Assembly (NCBI GenBank): GCA_964016885.1
Contig: OZ024740.1
Location: 108,934,001 to 108,998,000 of the forward strand
Direction: 5' to 3'
From: Eledone cirrhosa
Taxonomy: Eukaryota
Length of the DNA: 64,000 nt
Part shown: one piece after another, positions 38,049 through 52,340 of the stretch
Position numbering within the stretch: the stretch's first letter is position 1
How the letters are laid out: each line of letters starts with the position of its first letter
Made by a program: the position numbers and the translations under genes
The notes under the pieces: generated by a model
What the model saw: the letters and a program-made list of their open reading frames with translations, nothing else
Databases searched by the model: none
What the model was told of the DNA's origin: nothing

Positions 38049-38702
38049 CTGAAATATATATATATAAAGACATTTGAAAATTGATTTAATATATTCAACC
38101 CTTTTGATACCAAATACCCTGAAACCTACTTCTGGTTCTATGATACAAAGCTGTATATTTTAAAGTGTTTATATTTATTTATAAATCTTCCATTGTAATA
38201 TTATGTAAGAATCTTTGTTAAAATTATGCTCCAAACATCTTAATAACGAGAGTTACTAAATTCTTCAAATATTTTGATTTTCAAAATTAATTGTAAATCA
38301 GGTAGTGTATTTTATTAGAAATGTTGGTAACCAAAGGGTTAACCTTCAAATTGTTAAAATACTACTACTACAAAAACAACAACAAAAAAAAACAATAACA
38401 ATTGATTTTCACTTTATGAAAACTATCTTTAATTAATTGTTTCTTATATAGGCACAAGGCCAGCAATTTTGGCGGAGGGGAAAGTCGATTAAATCGACTC
38501 CAGTGCGTGACTGGTACTTTATTTTATTGACCCCGTAAGGATGAAAGTCAAAGTTAACCTCGGCGGGATTTGAACTCAGATCATAAAGGACCGTAACTCT
38601 ATTCTGCAAAACATGGCGTCCGGCCCGCTACTGACACTGCCAATCCACCACCCTACTATCTTTAATTAATAACATCTGATCTAACTTTCTTTATCTTCCT
38701 CG

Positions 38703-38733
<31 letters not shown>

Positions 38734-39482
38734 TATATGTATATAAATGATGGCTGCAACTCAATTTGAGTAATGCCATCACTTGATACTTAAGCATGAG
38801 TATCATGGTTGTGGCTTTTTTAGTCCAGCTAGGGACTTGCCTATGACCAGCAATACCATGCATCGCAAAAAATGTCACATATCAAGCGATGCCTGTGCTT
38901 GAATCTTTTTTAAGTGAGGAAAGGCTTTGCACGGAGCCAATCCCACTCTCTGAACATCAAATGCATTTATCCCAAAAGAAGAACATACACACACACACAT
39001 GTAAATGTTGGCATTAGGAAGGGCATCCAGCTGTAGAAACTGAGCCAAAAGCAGTTCTATATGAACAAGGCATGGTCACCTTACCTGGCATTTCTCACAA
39101 CAGGACAACTTGTCTAACCCATGCTAGAGTGAAAAAATGGACGTTAAACGGTGATGATGATGATATATATATATCATCACCACCATCATCATCATTGTTT
39201 TTACGACTGCTTTGCCATACTACATATATATATATAAATTCATACATATATATATATATACACACATATTAGATTCTTAGTAGTACACAAGTAGTACACA
39301 AGAGGGAGAACATACTTATAGCTATATGGAAAGTGCTTTCTAATGAGATAGACAAGTTTATATCTTGAAACCATTGGCAATACAGCTATGCCTGCACCTG
39401 TTTGCAAAATGTCCATATCAGGTGACTGCCCCATGACCCGCCAGGAATAAGTGGGAGGAGAAGAAGATTACATGATATTTAC

Positions 39483-39626
39483 CTAAAACATTTAGATAGA
39501 AATCTGCCCATAAGTAACCATTTTCATTCGTAGCATTGCATTGGATAACTTTAGAATCATTCCTTGTCAATATATAATATTTCAAAGTATCGTCATGGAA
39601 TTGTTGGTTAACTCTAGAAGGAACAG
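39483..39626 (-). CDS. Nrg: Neuroglian exon, Ig4 C-half
   Basis: VPSRVNQQFHDDTLKYYILTRNDSKVIQCNATNENGYLWADFYLNVL, matching the L1-family Ig4 QCNAxNxxGY motif. Confidence 0.92.
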
Positions 39627-40518
39627 CTGAAAAGTAAATATTAAAATCAAATCAAATCAATAAATAAAATGATAATTAGATGGTGTAAATAATTGCAACA
39701 CAATTTAAAATTAAAAAAAATTAATTTACTGTTTTCAGACATTAAACTGTGGTCATGCTACAGGATTTATAACGTTTTAGAACTTGATGCAGTGGTGATA
39801 TGAATATCCCATCAAAGCAAAGTGAAATCTGTTTTTTGTGGAAAGATAAGATCCCTGTTTAGTTGATCATATCAACCCTAGTTATAATGGAGTTATAATG
39901 GCACCATCATAAAGCTTGTCTTTGTCATTTTAAACCTAGTGGCACCCATTCCTCTCCAGGTTTGACCACAACCGATTTCTTCCAAAGTGTTTGCGGGTAG
40001 AGGTTGGGGAAGAAAGTAATATAGAAGAATTGACACCAAAACTAAATTGTTACTTTATCAAACCTGAAAGAATGAAAGAGAAAGTTAGCCTTGGTGAAAT
40101 TTGAAATTAGAGCACAGAGAGCTGGAAGGAATACTACAAAGCATTCTATCTGATACCCTAAGGATTCTGTCAACTTACCACCACATATTTAAAAGAAGCT
40201 GATTGTAAGATCATAGCCCTTCTTTTGCTGTATTATTTGGCAATTGCAACTCTTGTATTCCAGTAACAGGAGTTGGGATTTGAACTCAGAATGTATAGAC
40301 TGAAAAGCAGTCTATCAGACTCTTTAACAATTCTGATAATCCACCACACCTGGACTGATATTTTATTTATTGACTAAAGCTAAGTTGGCTTTGGTACAAT
40401 TTGAACTCAGAATACAGAGACCCAGAATTTCAATCCAATGCTCTCACAACTTAGCCAATTCACTTCCATATGTCCACAATATAAAGTGGGTAAAAGTAGA
40501 AACATCAAAAGAACTTAC

Positions 40519-40650
40519 ATTCTATGGGTTCACCATTGATGTACCATTTTACGGAAGGTTTTGGTCTACCAAGTGCTTTGCAGGAAATTGTCACATTCTC
40601 TTCGACACCTTTGGTTAGATCCTTAGGGGTTTTCACCCAGTATGGTCGAG
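40519..40650 (-). CDS. Nrg: Neuroglian exon, Ig4 N-half
   Basis: RPYWVKTPKDLTKGVEENVTISCKALGRPKPSVKWYINGEPIE. Confidence 0.93.
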
Positions 40651-40929
40651 CTGAATATAAAAGAATAGAAAAATTTAGAAATAAAAAAAATATTTTAAGG
40701 TTTTTAAAAATATATTTTTACAGGACTTTTGTTTTTGAAGATTTAGAATGAAAGAAAAAGAGCTGATCATCAGAGAAGCAGACTAAGGTCTGATATGCTT
40801 CAATTGTTTATTTGTTTTTTTAAATTTCATTGCTGATATTATCTGCAGGTCACAACTCCTGATAGAAACAGGTGTGATTTGATTTCAGAACAGAAACAGA
40901 CTTTACAATGCAGAGCATCCCATTTGGTT

Positions 40930-41129
40930 NNNNNNNNNNNNNNNNNNNNNNNNNNNNNNNNNNNNNNNNNNNNNNNNNNNNNNNNNNNNNNNNNNNNNNN
41001 NNNNNNNNNNNNNNNNNNNNNNNNNNNNNNNNNNNNNNNNNNNNNNNNNNNNNNNNNNNNNNNNNNNNNNNNNNNNNNNNNNNNNNNNNNNNNNNNNNNN
41101 NNNNNNNNNNNNNNNNNNNNNNNNNNNNN
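40930..41129. other. Assembly gap (200 N)
   Basis: Run of N. Confidence 1.
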
Positions 41130-41859
41130 ATTTCTACATTTTTATATGAGCTAGAAATATTGAGCTAGTGATAGTAGAGGGGTAGGACCAATACTAGATT
41201 TACACATAAGCCACACCGTTTAAATATTTAATAAAATATAGTGATAACATTTTTGTCAAAATTTAGAATATTATAATCGTTATCAAATACATTTCTTTTT
41301 CTTTGGGTGTCACGTCAGTTTTAGAGGTCGGCATAGATTGATGCAGGAATATCAACATCATTTTATGTGTATATCAGAGGAAGGATCAATTCTAGTACTG
41401 GACTGGTACTATATTTATCAATCACAAATGGATGAAAACTAAAGCTGACCTCAACAGGAATTGAACTCAAAATAGAGAGCTGGAATGAATCCTGCAAAGC
41501 ATTCTATCCAATGTTCTAATTTGTGGCTTAACTTTAGAATATACCTCACAAAAATTACTATGTAATATATTATTATAATGACAACACCATTCTACTCTCT
41601 ATATACAGAATAAAGAAAATGTGAAGTTCAGTGTAATGTTAAAAAGTCTTTTAATAAAGCTGTGATGATGATGATGATCATTATTTAATGTCCAATGGCG
41701 ATCGTGGCTATGTGATTGTTTAATCATATGACCAGTCATGCAATATCATCAGACAGCATCTTATGTAACAAGGTTACGTTTCCAAGGCAATCTAATATAA
41801 AGATAAGGGAATGGACAGAAATGATGTTTTCATAGCTGAAGTGTGTATATATATCACCA

Positions 41860-44170
<2,311 letters not shown>

Positions 44171-44191
44171 TAATAGAATTGAGAATTTAAA

Positions 44192-44236
<45 letters not shown>

Positions 44237-44330
44237 GAATAATGGAATTTATAGTATCATGATCATCTGTTTTCCCTGCTGGTATAAATGACAATAAATA
44301 TAATGTAATTGATGGTATGTATTATATATT

Positions 44331-45628
44331 ATCATCATCATCATCAACGTTTAACGTCCGTGTTCCACGCTTGCATGGGTTTGGACGGGGGTTTTCCCAC
44401 TTGAAGCAAGAGTGATTATCTTGCTCGCATAGGACTGTCTGGCGGGTTTTCTACAGTTGGATGCCCTTCCTAACACCAACCACATTTACAGTGTGGGGCT
44501 GGGAGGTTTTTACCGTGTTGCCTACACGGCCACATTAGAGCGTGGACTGCGTGTTTTTTTGTCGTGACACCTACACGATCTCATTTGTTTCGGCCTGGAT
44601 GTTGTGGCATCAACATAACTTTACATTGAAAGGGGCGGTGTGGATGGGGTGGGACAGGGGTGTATTTTGTTAGAGATGCCTACTGACTGTAGTAGGTTTT
44701 ACTTTGTATTTAGGTAAGGCGGGTCTTCTCTGTTACTGAGTACCGCCAAAGGTCTCGGTCCAGTGACATTGTCTTGGAGAGGTGTAAGTGTGTGAGCTCG
44801 GAATTTATCAGCTCGTCCCAGGTTTTTCTGGGTCTGCCTATTCCGTGGCTACCGTCTATCTTTATTGCCCTGCACTTTGTTATACAGCTATCGTCTTTCA
44901 TGCGCATCACGTAACCATACCAACGTAGCCTTCTCTCGAGTAAACAACATCTGATCCCTCTTATTTCTAATTTTTTCCTTAGTTCGTTTATGCTTTGCCG
45001 TTCACGTATATTACTGTTACACATCCAGCGGAGCATGTAAGCTTCGTTCCTCTCCAGTCTGCGTATATCCTCTGCACACAATGCCCAGGTCTCACTGCCA
45101 TGCAACATTGCTGTTCGTATGCAGGCATCATACAACCTGCCTTTCATTTTTAGGGAGAACCCTCTAGCGGCTAATAGTGGTATAAGCTCTCTGAACTTTT
45201 TCCATCCAGTTCTGACTCTAGCTACTGTACTTTCAGAGCACCCTCCCCCACTGCTGATTTTGTCTCCCAGGTAACGGAAGCTGTCCACTATTTCTATAGA
45301 ACCCTCTGCGCAGTTGAAAGAGCTAGTATTTTGTGGGCACTTGCTGCTACTTATTGCACCAGAGCACCGGCCACATGTAAAATCTATGTTCTTAGTTAGC
45401 TTACCTGTGATCCCACTACATCTTTTATGCACCCATACTTTGCATTTGGGACACAAAATGGAGTTTCTACCTACGCCCTTCCTACACACTGAGCATGGCC
45501 ACTTCCCGGAAGGGACCGCCGCCTTATTTTCTTTCTTACAAACTAGAACTTTAGTCTTAGCCAGGTTAATTTTAAGGCCTTTTGATTCTAGGTAATTTTA
45601 AGGTAATTTTAAGGCCTTTTGATTCTAG
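44331..45628 (-). mobile_element. 5'-truncated young RTE copy, same family as 22233-25070
   Basis: 259-aa ORF nearly identical to the C-terminus of the large RTE ORF, with the same 3'UTR. Confidence 0.93.
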
Positions 45629-45676
45629 ATAAAATTAGTGGCATGTATAATATATATGATAAATATGTCAACTTAC

Positions 45677-45811
45677 GTGTTACTTCCTCTGGTTCAATCA
45701 CATGATCAAATCCTTGGCTAAAAATCCTCAAGAAATAAATGTTTGCTGAACACATATAGTTATTGCCATCTTGATAATCATGTGGCTTAACATTGGCAAA
45801 ATATAAATTAC
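45677..45811 (-). CDS. Nrg: Neuroglian exon, Ig2 C-half
   Basis: GNLYFANVKPHDYQDGNNYMCSANIYFLRIFSQGFDHVIEPEEVT, with the L1-family GNLYFANV motif. Confidence 0.93.
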
Positions 45812-46301
45812 CTAAAGAATAGAAGTTTAATTGCTTAATTATAGAGGAATACACACAATTCACAAAGAACATATGTACACAAAGATATGGTGCATTAAAA
45901 AACAGAATATTCTGTGTATGACAATAAACACAGTGAACCAATACACAAACAAAAATAGCAGCCACATACACACATATGTACACACACATATACACACATA
46001 AATAAATACATACATACATACATATGAACATTTGGATTTACAAACACATGGAAAAAGTGCTTAATACTGAAATATATTATATCACTGAGTTTTGCAGTCG
46101 CAGTAGAACTGGTGTTAAGCGACCAGGTGGCAAATAGTGCAATGAAAATCTTGATTCCAAGAAATAAATGATAAATGTAAAGTGAATTTAAGAGTTTTTG
46201 AATGGCTAAATTCACTTTCACAATGTAATTGCTAAAAATGAGATATTGTTTAAAAAAAAGAAAATTATGAAAGAAGAGGTCATAAATTTGCCAGAACTTA
46301 C

Positions 46302-46681
46302 CATCATAATCCATAGAAATCCTATTATTAAGTTTAATTTGCTTCATGGCACCAGTTTCTGTTTCTAAAATGCTCCAACTTACTGCAGGTTCTGGTGTAC
46401 CTTTTGGTGGTTTACATACTAATTTTACACTCTCTCCCATAAGGGGCTTCAAATGTTTTGTTTCTGATTTCAGAAATGGTGTTAGTTCAGCCATATATAA
46501 TCTGATAACTCTAGATAATGACTTTCCTAATTTAGAAGCAGCCACACATTGGTAACCACCAATATCTTCGTGATTAGGACTGAGAAAAGTTAGAGTTCCA
46601 ACTCCAACTTGTTGAGTTAGTCGGCCTTTGTATTCTGTGCTATTGAGATCAATTTTTTTACCATCTTTATACCATGTGTAC
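46302..46681 (-). CDS. Nrg: Neuroglian exon, Ig1 C-part and Ig2 N-part
   Basis: YTWYKDGKK...GTLTF..P..EDIGGYQCVAASKLGKSLS...GESVKLVCKPPKGTPEPAVSW...RISMDYD. Confidence 0.95.
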
Positions 46682-47909
46682 CTGGAACAAACAAAAAAGC
46701 AGATGAAAATATTTCAATATTGTACTAATGTTTTTTATGACAAATATGCTTTATAGGAAATCACAGCACATCATGTTGTAGTGCACCTGTACACAATAAA
46801 TTTCCTTATTATTATATATCATAAAAATTATTCAAATCCCTGTGAACAAAATGAATGTGTTACTCCTTAGAATGTGAGAGAGATTTATTGAAATAGCCAG
46901 TCTACCCCTCAAGGAACTTGCTCTTGCAGATGACCATTTCCATACCAATTGAATTAAATAAGAAGATAGTTCAGGGGCAATGGTTGTAAGATGTTTCCAC
47001 TGCTATGGGTTTGACAAGAAACTTATCAGAGAGAAGCTAATATTTTGTCAGCTTGTAATCCTCAGCCTGTTGGGCAAAGAAACCTGAGTGTGATGCTGAT
47101 TTCACCAAGATGCCACTGAAGAAAATATTACTGCAAGTCACATCCAAGATTATGAAACTATTCTACTTAAATGGCCTTATGTCAACAGAAATCAATATTA
47201 TACAAGGATATTTTTCTTTCTTTTGGTTCTACAAACTATAATTATCATGTTGATATAAAAAGTAATTATAATCTGAGTTATTAAAACTAGAGTCCTAATC
47301 TTGGTTGTTACAGTCCCCGCATTTCAGCTGATGTAGCCTTATTCAGATGTCATATTCAGTACTGAAAAATAGGTAGCTAGAAATGAAAATAGCTAACAAA
47401 AAAGGCAATATATTTTGAAGTACAAAATGTTGATTTTCACAAGCTACCAAGTGACCTTAGCTATGGATTCTGTAGCTTTAAGAAGATGCAAGATAAATTT
47501 CTTCTCAAGAGGATGCCAGTCTATAGCAGGTAATATTCACAGAAAGATCTGCTAGACTATTTCAAACAACTGAGATATATAAAAGAAATATCATATATAG
47601 TAGATATGAACTAATATATGGTTTAATAAATATTTTAAGTATTCAGCTTTCTTAACACATACACATATGTACTACAGGTTTGTAAGCACACACACACATG
47701 CAAACATATATAAAACTGATGGTGTATGATATTGTTTTTCAGATTTGATGAAAACTCAGAATAATTGTACCAGTTATACAGATATTAAGATACTAATATA
47801 TTAGTTATGCAGATATTGAGTTTATTAGTTAGAGTGAGTATAACAATTTTGTGATATTCTGTTAGCATACAATCTAATGTAAAGGTCAGTGTTGAACACT
47901 GAAAACAAC

Positions 47910-48310
47910 ATATATGATAGAGCTCAGTGATAAAGGATTGGTGTAGATAGAGCCCCATATAAATAGAGCTTAATGTAGAGTGCACTTAAGCTTTTTATTG
48001 CAATATTTTTTAATGAAAGACACTGCATGGGATTTTCAAATAATTTAAACAAAGCTCAGTGTTGATAGAGCTCAATGTAGATATGACTCAACAATAAAGA
48101 TCAATGTGGGTAGATCTCAATGATAAGGCTTAATGATAGAACTCAATGTAGATAGTCTTCCATTTAAATAGAGTTCAATGATAGAACTCAATGTAGATAG
48201 AGATCAATGATAGTCAAATTTCAATAGAGCTCAACTATAAGACCTGTGTGGGTAGAGCTCAATGATAAATTGTGCTGAATGTAGATAGAATTCAATGTAA
48301 TAGATAGAGT
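47910..48310. repeat. Degenerate short tandem repeat (tagatagagctcaatg)n
   Basis: More than 10 diverged copies next to the Ig1 exon donor. Confidence 0.6.
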
Positions 48311-48332
48311 TAAATATAGTAGTTATACTTAC

Positions 48333-48438
48333 TCAGGCGTTGGATTACCAATAGCCATACATGGAAGCTCTAGTGATTGTTTTGTATGGATGAATCCAAT
48401 TTTTTTAGGCTGCTTGATGATCGAAGGTGGTAGGTTGG
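48333..48438 (-). CDS. Nrg: Neuroglian exon, Ig1 N-part
   Basis: NLPPSIIKQPKKIGFIHTKQSLELPCMAIGNPTP. cag/gtaagt boundaries, phase 1-2. Confidence 0.9.
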
Positions 48439-49398
48439 CTGAAAACAGAAATTAAATATATTTTTAAATAATTGAAATATTGTTTTCTTACATTTGCACC
48501 ACAAAGAAACAACAGTTAATACACAATAATAATGGTTTCTAATTTAAACACAAGACCAGAAATTTTGGAGAAGGAAATGTTGATTATATTGAACTCAGTA
48601 TTGGACAGGTACTTTATTTTATCGATCACGGAACATGAAAGGCAAAGTTGATCATGAAGGAAATTTAAACTTAGAAAGTAAAAAGCCAAAGCAACCCATT
48701 TTACTCAATGCTCTAATGCTTCTGTTAATCCAGTTAGTAAGCAGCAATAATACTAATAATAGTAATAACAACAACAATAATAACTATACTGAAAATCTTA
48801 TAGCTTCATGTCATTTCTTTTTATAGACTTAATGCATGAAAGGTTTATAGAAGAAAAAAAGCGTTTTTTTTTTTAAATATTGGAAGTTAGGAAATTTCAA
48901 AATTCACACTGAATGAATTTATAAAAAGAAAAAACAAATACTTATTTTAAAAAATGTTACAGTAAAAATCTAATTTAAAAAGTCTTAAATCAGATAGGTT
49001 TTCTGAATCAGTGACACTTAGGGTTAAAAGTGGTATGCTGTGTCCTTGAGCAAGACACTTTATTTCCCATTGTTCCAGTTCAATCACCTAGAAAAATTTA
49101 GTTGCACCTGTAAATCGAAGAGCCGACTTTGTCATACACTGTGTCACATTGAATCTTCTTGAGAATAATGTTATGGGTACATATGTCCATAGAATGCTCA
49201 GCTACTTGTACATTAATTTCATGAGTGGGCTGTCCCACTGATCAAGTCAATGGAACACTTGTCATTGGAATCAATGAAAGTTCAACTTTTAGATAAAACA
49301 TAGACATAATTAATCAATCCCTTCCTAATACACACTAGCTTTGAAGTTTTACAATTATTATATAATCACTACTATTGTACATAAATTTAAGGATATAA

Positions 49399-50010
49399 AT
49401 GGTTGCAGCGGTCACGCTCGCCTCGCCTTCTGTCATCTACGCACTCGGCTGTGGAGCAGACATGAAATTAAACTGACCACCAAAATTCGGATCTACCAAG
49501 CCCTTGTCTAAACAATCCTGCTATATGGCTGCGAAACCTGGCTACTGAGAGCAGAGGACATACGCAAACTTGAAGGGTTCGACCATCATTGTTTACGCCT
49601 CATCCTTCATGTTTGCTGGCAACAATTCATCTCAAATTCTGCAATCCGTGCATGCTGCAAAATCTCCTCCTTCCAGCAAGCTCTTCTCACAAGGCATCTT
49701 CGCTGGCTTGGTCATGCTCTCCGTTGACAACTGGGCGACTTAATCCGCGAAGCCATTGATCCATCTCCTCCGTTGGGATGGTGGAAACGTTGTGGCGGCC
49801 AACTGAAAACGTGGCTTAGGACAGTGAGGCAAGAAGCTGAGCTGCTGATCTTAGGCCCACGGCTGTGTGGGGTTCGGCGATGGAACCGCGAATGGTTGAC
49901 ACTCATATCTTTGATAGCGTCGGACCGTCATTCTTGGTCGGCTTTCATTCGGGATACAGTAAATTTGTTGGACGGAGCCGACTCAACTGACCCAGGGTGA
50001 ATGCCGCCAC
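49399..50010 (+). mobile_element. RTE LINE 3' fragment of a distinct, GC-richer family
   Basis: ARLAFCHL..RLWSRHEIKLTTKIRIY...LLYGCETW...LRWLGH...GGQLKTWLRTVRQE...RRWNREW...DRHSW. Two in-frame stops. Confidence 0.85.
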
Positions 50011-51316
50011 ACACACACTATTGTACACATTATTTCTATGTTTTTTTTTTTTATGCTTTATTTCTATTAAATTATATAGATTTACAAAAGAAACAAAAAA
50101 AAAAAAATCAGAAAAAAAAAAGAAAGAAAGAAAAAATGCAGGAGACATGCATAGACTTGAAGGCTGCTATAATTAAGTTGTAGCGATCAATTTCATTATA
50201 GAGACAATATTATCTGAGGCGTTCTCCAAACAGTCGTCATCAAGGTGTCAGGCATTCAAATCTAGATTGGATCCCATCCTAGCAGTGTCATGGATATCAA
50301 GTGCTAAAAGGGTAAACTCAAAAAAGTCCCCTTGAACTTCTTATATGAAAAGGATGTATTGGACAACAAAGAAGAGATGGGAGTACTTTCGATAAGTCTA
50401 CCAAGCAAAGTGGCAGAGCTCTGGAACCCTAGCCTTCACTGAGCTGACGATGACTACATCTGATAACATTGAATGAGTTCTTGAGATTGAGTATGAGACA
50501 ACCTTGGGAACCTCAGAAGGCATGTTTGTAAATGTCTTTGTGACATGGGTATTATTTATTCCTTTTGTAAATCATAAGCATCATATAATTTAATTGTACA
50601 CATTAGTTAACAGTTGTCTAACAAACAGTAAATTACTTAATTATATTTTTCTTGTAAACATTTCATTCTATTAATTTTATTATTTATAAATTAATTTTGT
50701 TTGACTTAAATATATAATTATTGTTAAAAAAAATTCTTTAATTTTTGTTTTTATAACTGTAAAAAGAAACATTTTTATAGACTTTTTTTCTGACACACAA
50801 TATGTATTAGTACATGCAGAGAGAGAGAGAGAGTTTTTAACTCAAAGAATTAAAGCAATGCAATAAATAGAAATAAAAAAAATACTGTATTTAATATAAA
50901 GCTACCAGCTGATTGGTACTTGTTCTGAATACTTAAAACATATTTATTCGAAATTAACTTTAAATAAAGGAAATTTAAAAAATACCACTCAGATGTAATT
51001 TCAATAAAACATTTCATAAATTTAATACTTCTAAGTTCTTGTATTTGTTTATACATAAAAAGAAAAGAACAAAATGTTCAAATTATATTTCTTATTGTTT
51101 GTATTTAAAAGAAAGTACAATCCTGAAAATTAATAAATAATACAAAAAATTAATTTAATACAATGAATATTTCAAATTTATTTGTATTTGTATATAAAAT
51201 CCTGGATATTTCTGAATTAACTAAGATCTGTTTTTTTTTTTGTTTCATTAATAGTCTTATACAACAACTTTAACATTGTTTTTTTTTATTTATTCATTAT
51301 ATTAAATAATACTTAA

Positions 51317-51520
51317 CCCTTTAGCATTTACATTATTCTATATATTTACTATTGTATTTTCGTGGTAAAGGCTTTATCTCACATAATATCGAATCTATGA
51401 CATTTTGATATTTTTTATTTTGAGAACAATACCTTAACATCAGTATGATGTTACAGCCAGTTGGGACAAAAAGAGATGAGAGGATTCTGGCCTGATATGG
51501 CCGATTTAAATGCTAAAGGG
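51317..51520. mobile_element. piggyBac-type MITE
   Basis: ttaa-ccctttagcattt ... aaatgctaaaggg-ttaa. TIR matches the element at 42284-43744. Confidence 0.8.
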
Positions 51521-52040
51521 TTAAATGATAAAAGGGAAAACAAATAGTTTTAAAAACAGTTCATGTTTCATGCAAGGGGAAACAATTCGATATTGTGGCA
51601 TTTCCTTTCAAAGCAAAATAACATGTAGAATTTGATAGTAAAATGGAGACAAAATAACAGTAAAATTGGAGGCGAAATAATAATAATAATAAAAGTAGTA
51701 ATAATAACAATAATGATGATAATAATTGTCACATTCCGATTCAGGTTTTCAAAATATAGCACAAAACATATCCAACATCGAATTAGAAAATAATTTATAA
51801 TTGCAGGCAAGGCAAAACAATTGGAACACACATGAAAGTAACATACAAACAACATTGACCACAATAATATTCATTCATTATATATGTGTATGATCAAATA
51901 TATTCATATTTATATATACATTATATATGTGTATGTATATATGTATGTACAAATGTATGTATGTATGTGTGTGTGTGCATATATAAATATATATATATAT
52001 ACGCACACATATACATATACGCATACATATACATATATAC

Positions 52041-52118
<78 letters not shown>

Positions 52119-52253
52119 GTATATATAGGCAAATGTGCAAATAAAAAAGAGAGACTTAGTAGGAAGATAAACAAATGACACTGCATGCCCTGTGTATCAG
52201 GTAAAATGAAAGACTATTGGCTGCTAATCATTGCTTCTATGAAAAATACTTAC

Positions 52254-52340
52254 ATTCCTCAGTTAATGGTACTATTTGAATTTCAGAAAGATCTGATAAA
52301 TTATTTTCATTTTGATATTTTGTTATTTTTGTACTGAGAT
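52254..52340 (-). CDS. Nrg: Candidate N-terminal exon preceding Ig1 (LSTKITKYQNENNLSDLSEIQIVPLTEE), phase 1-1
   Basis: ccctttctttcag acceptor, gtaagt donor. Open 87 nt in phase with the Ig1 exon. Confidence 0.6.

Noticed and set aside
51568-51864. Hydrophobic ORF as a possible signal-peptide exon (also 59274-59456)
   Set aside because: No ATG-plus-phase-1-donor combination compatible with the downstream exons; hydrophobicity is explained by T-richness.
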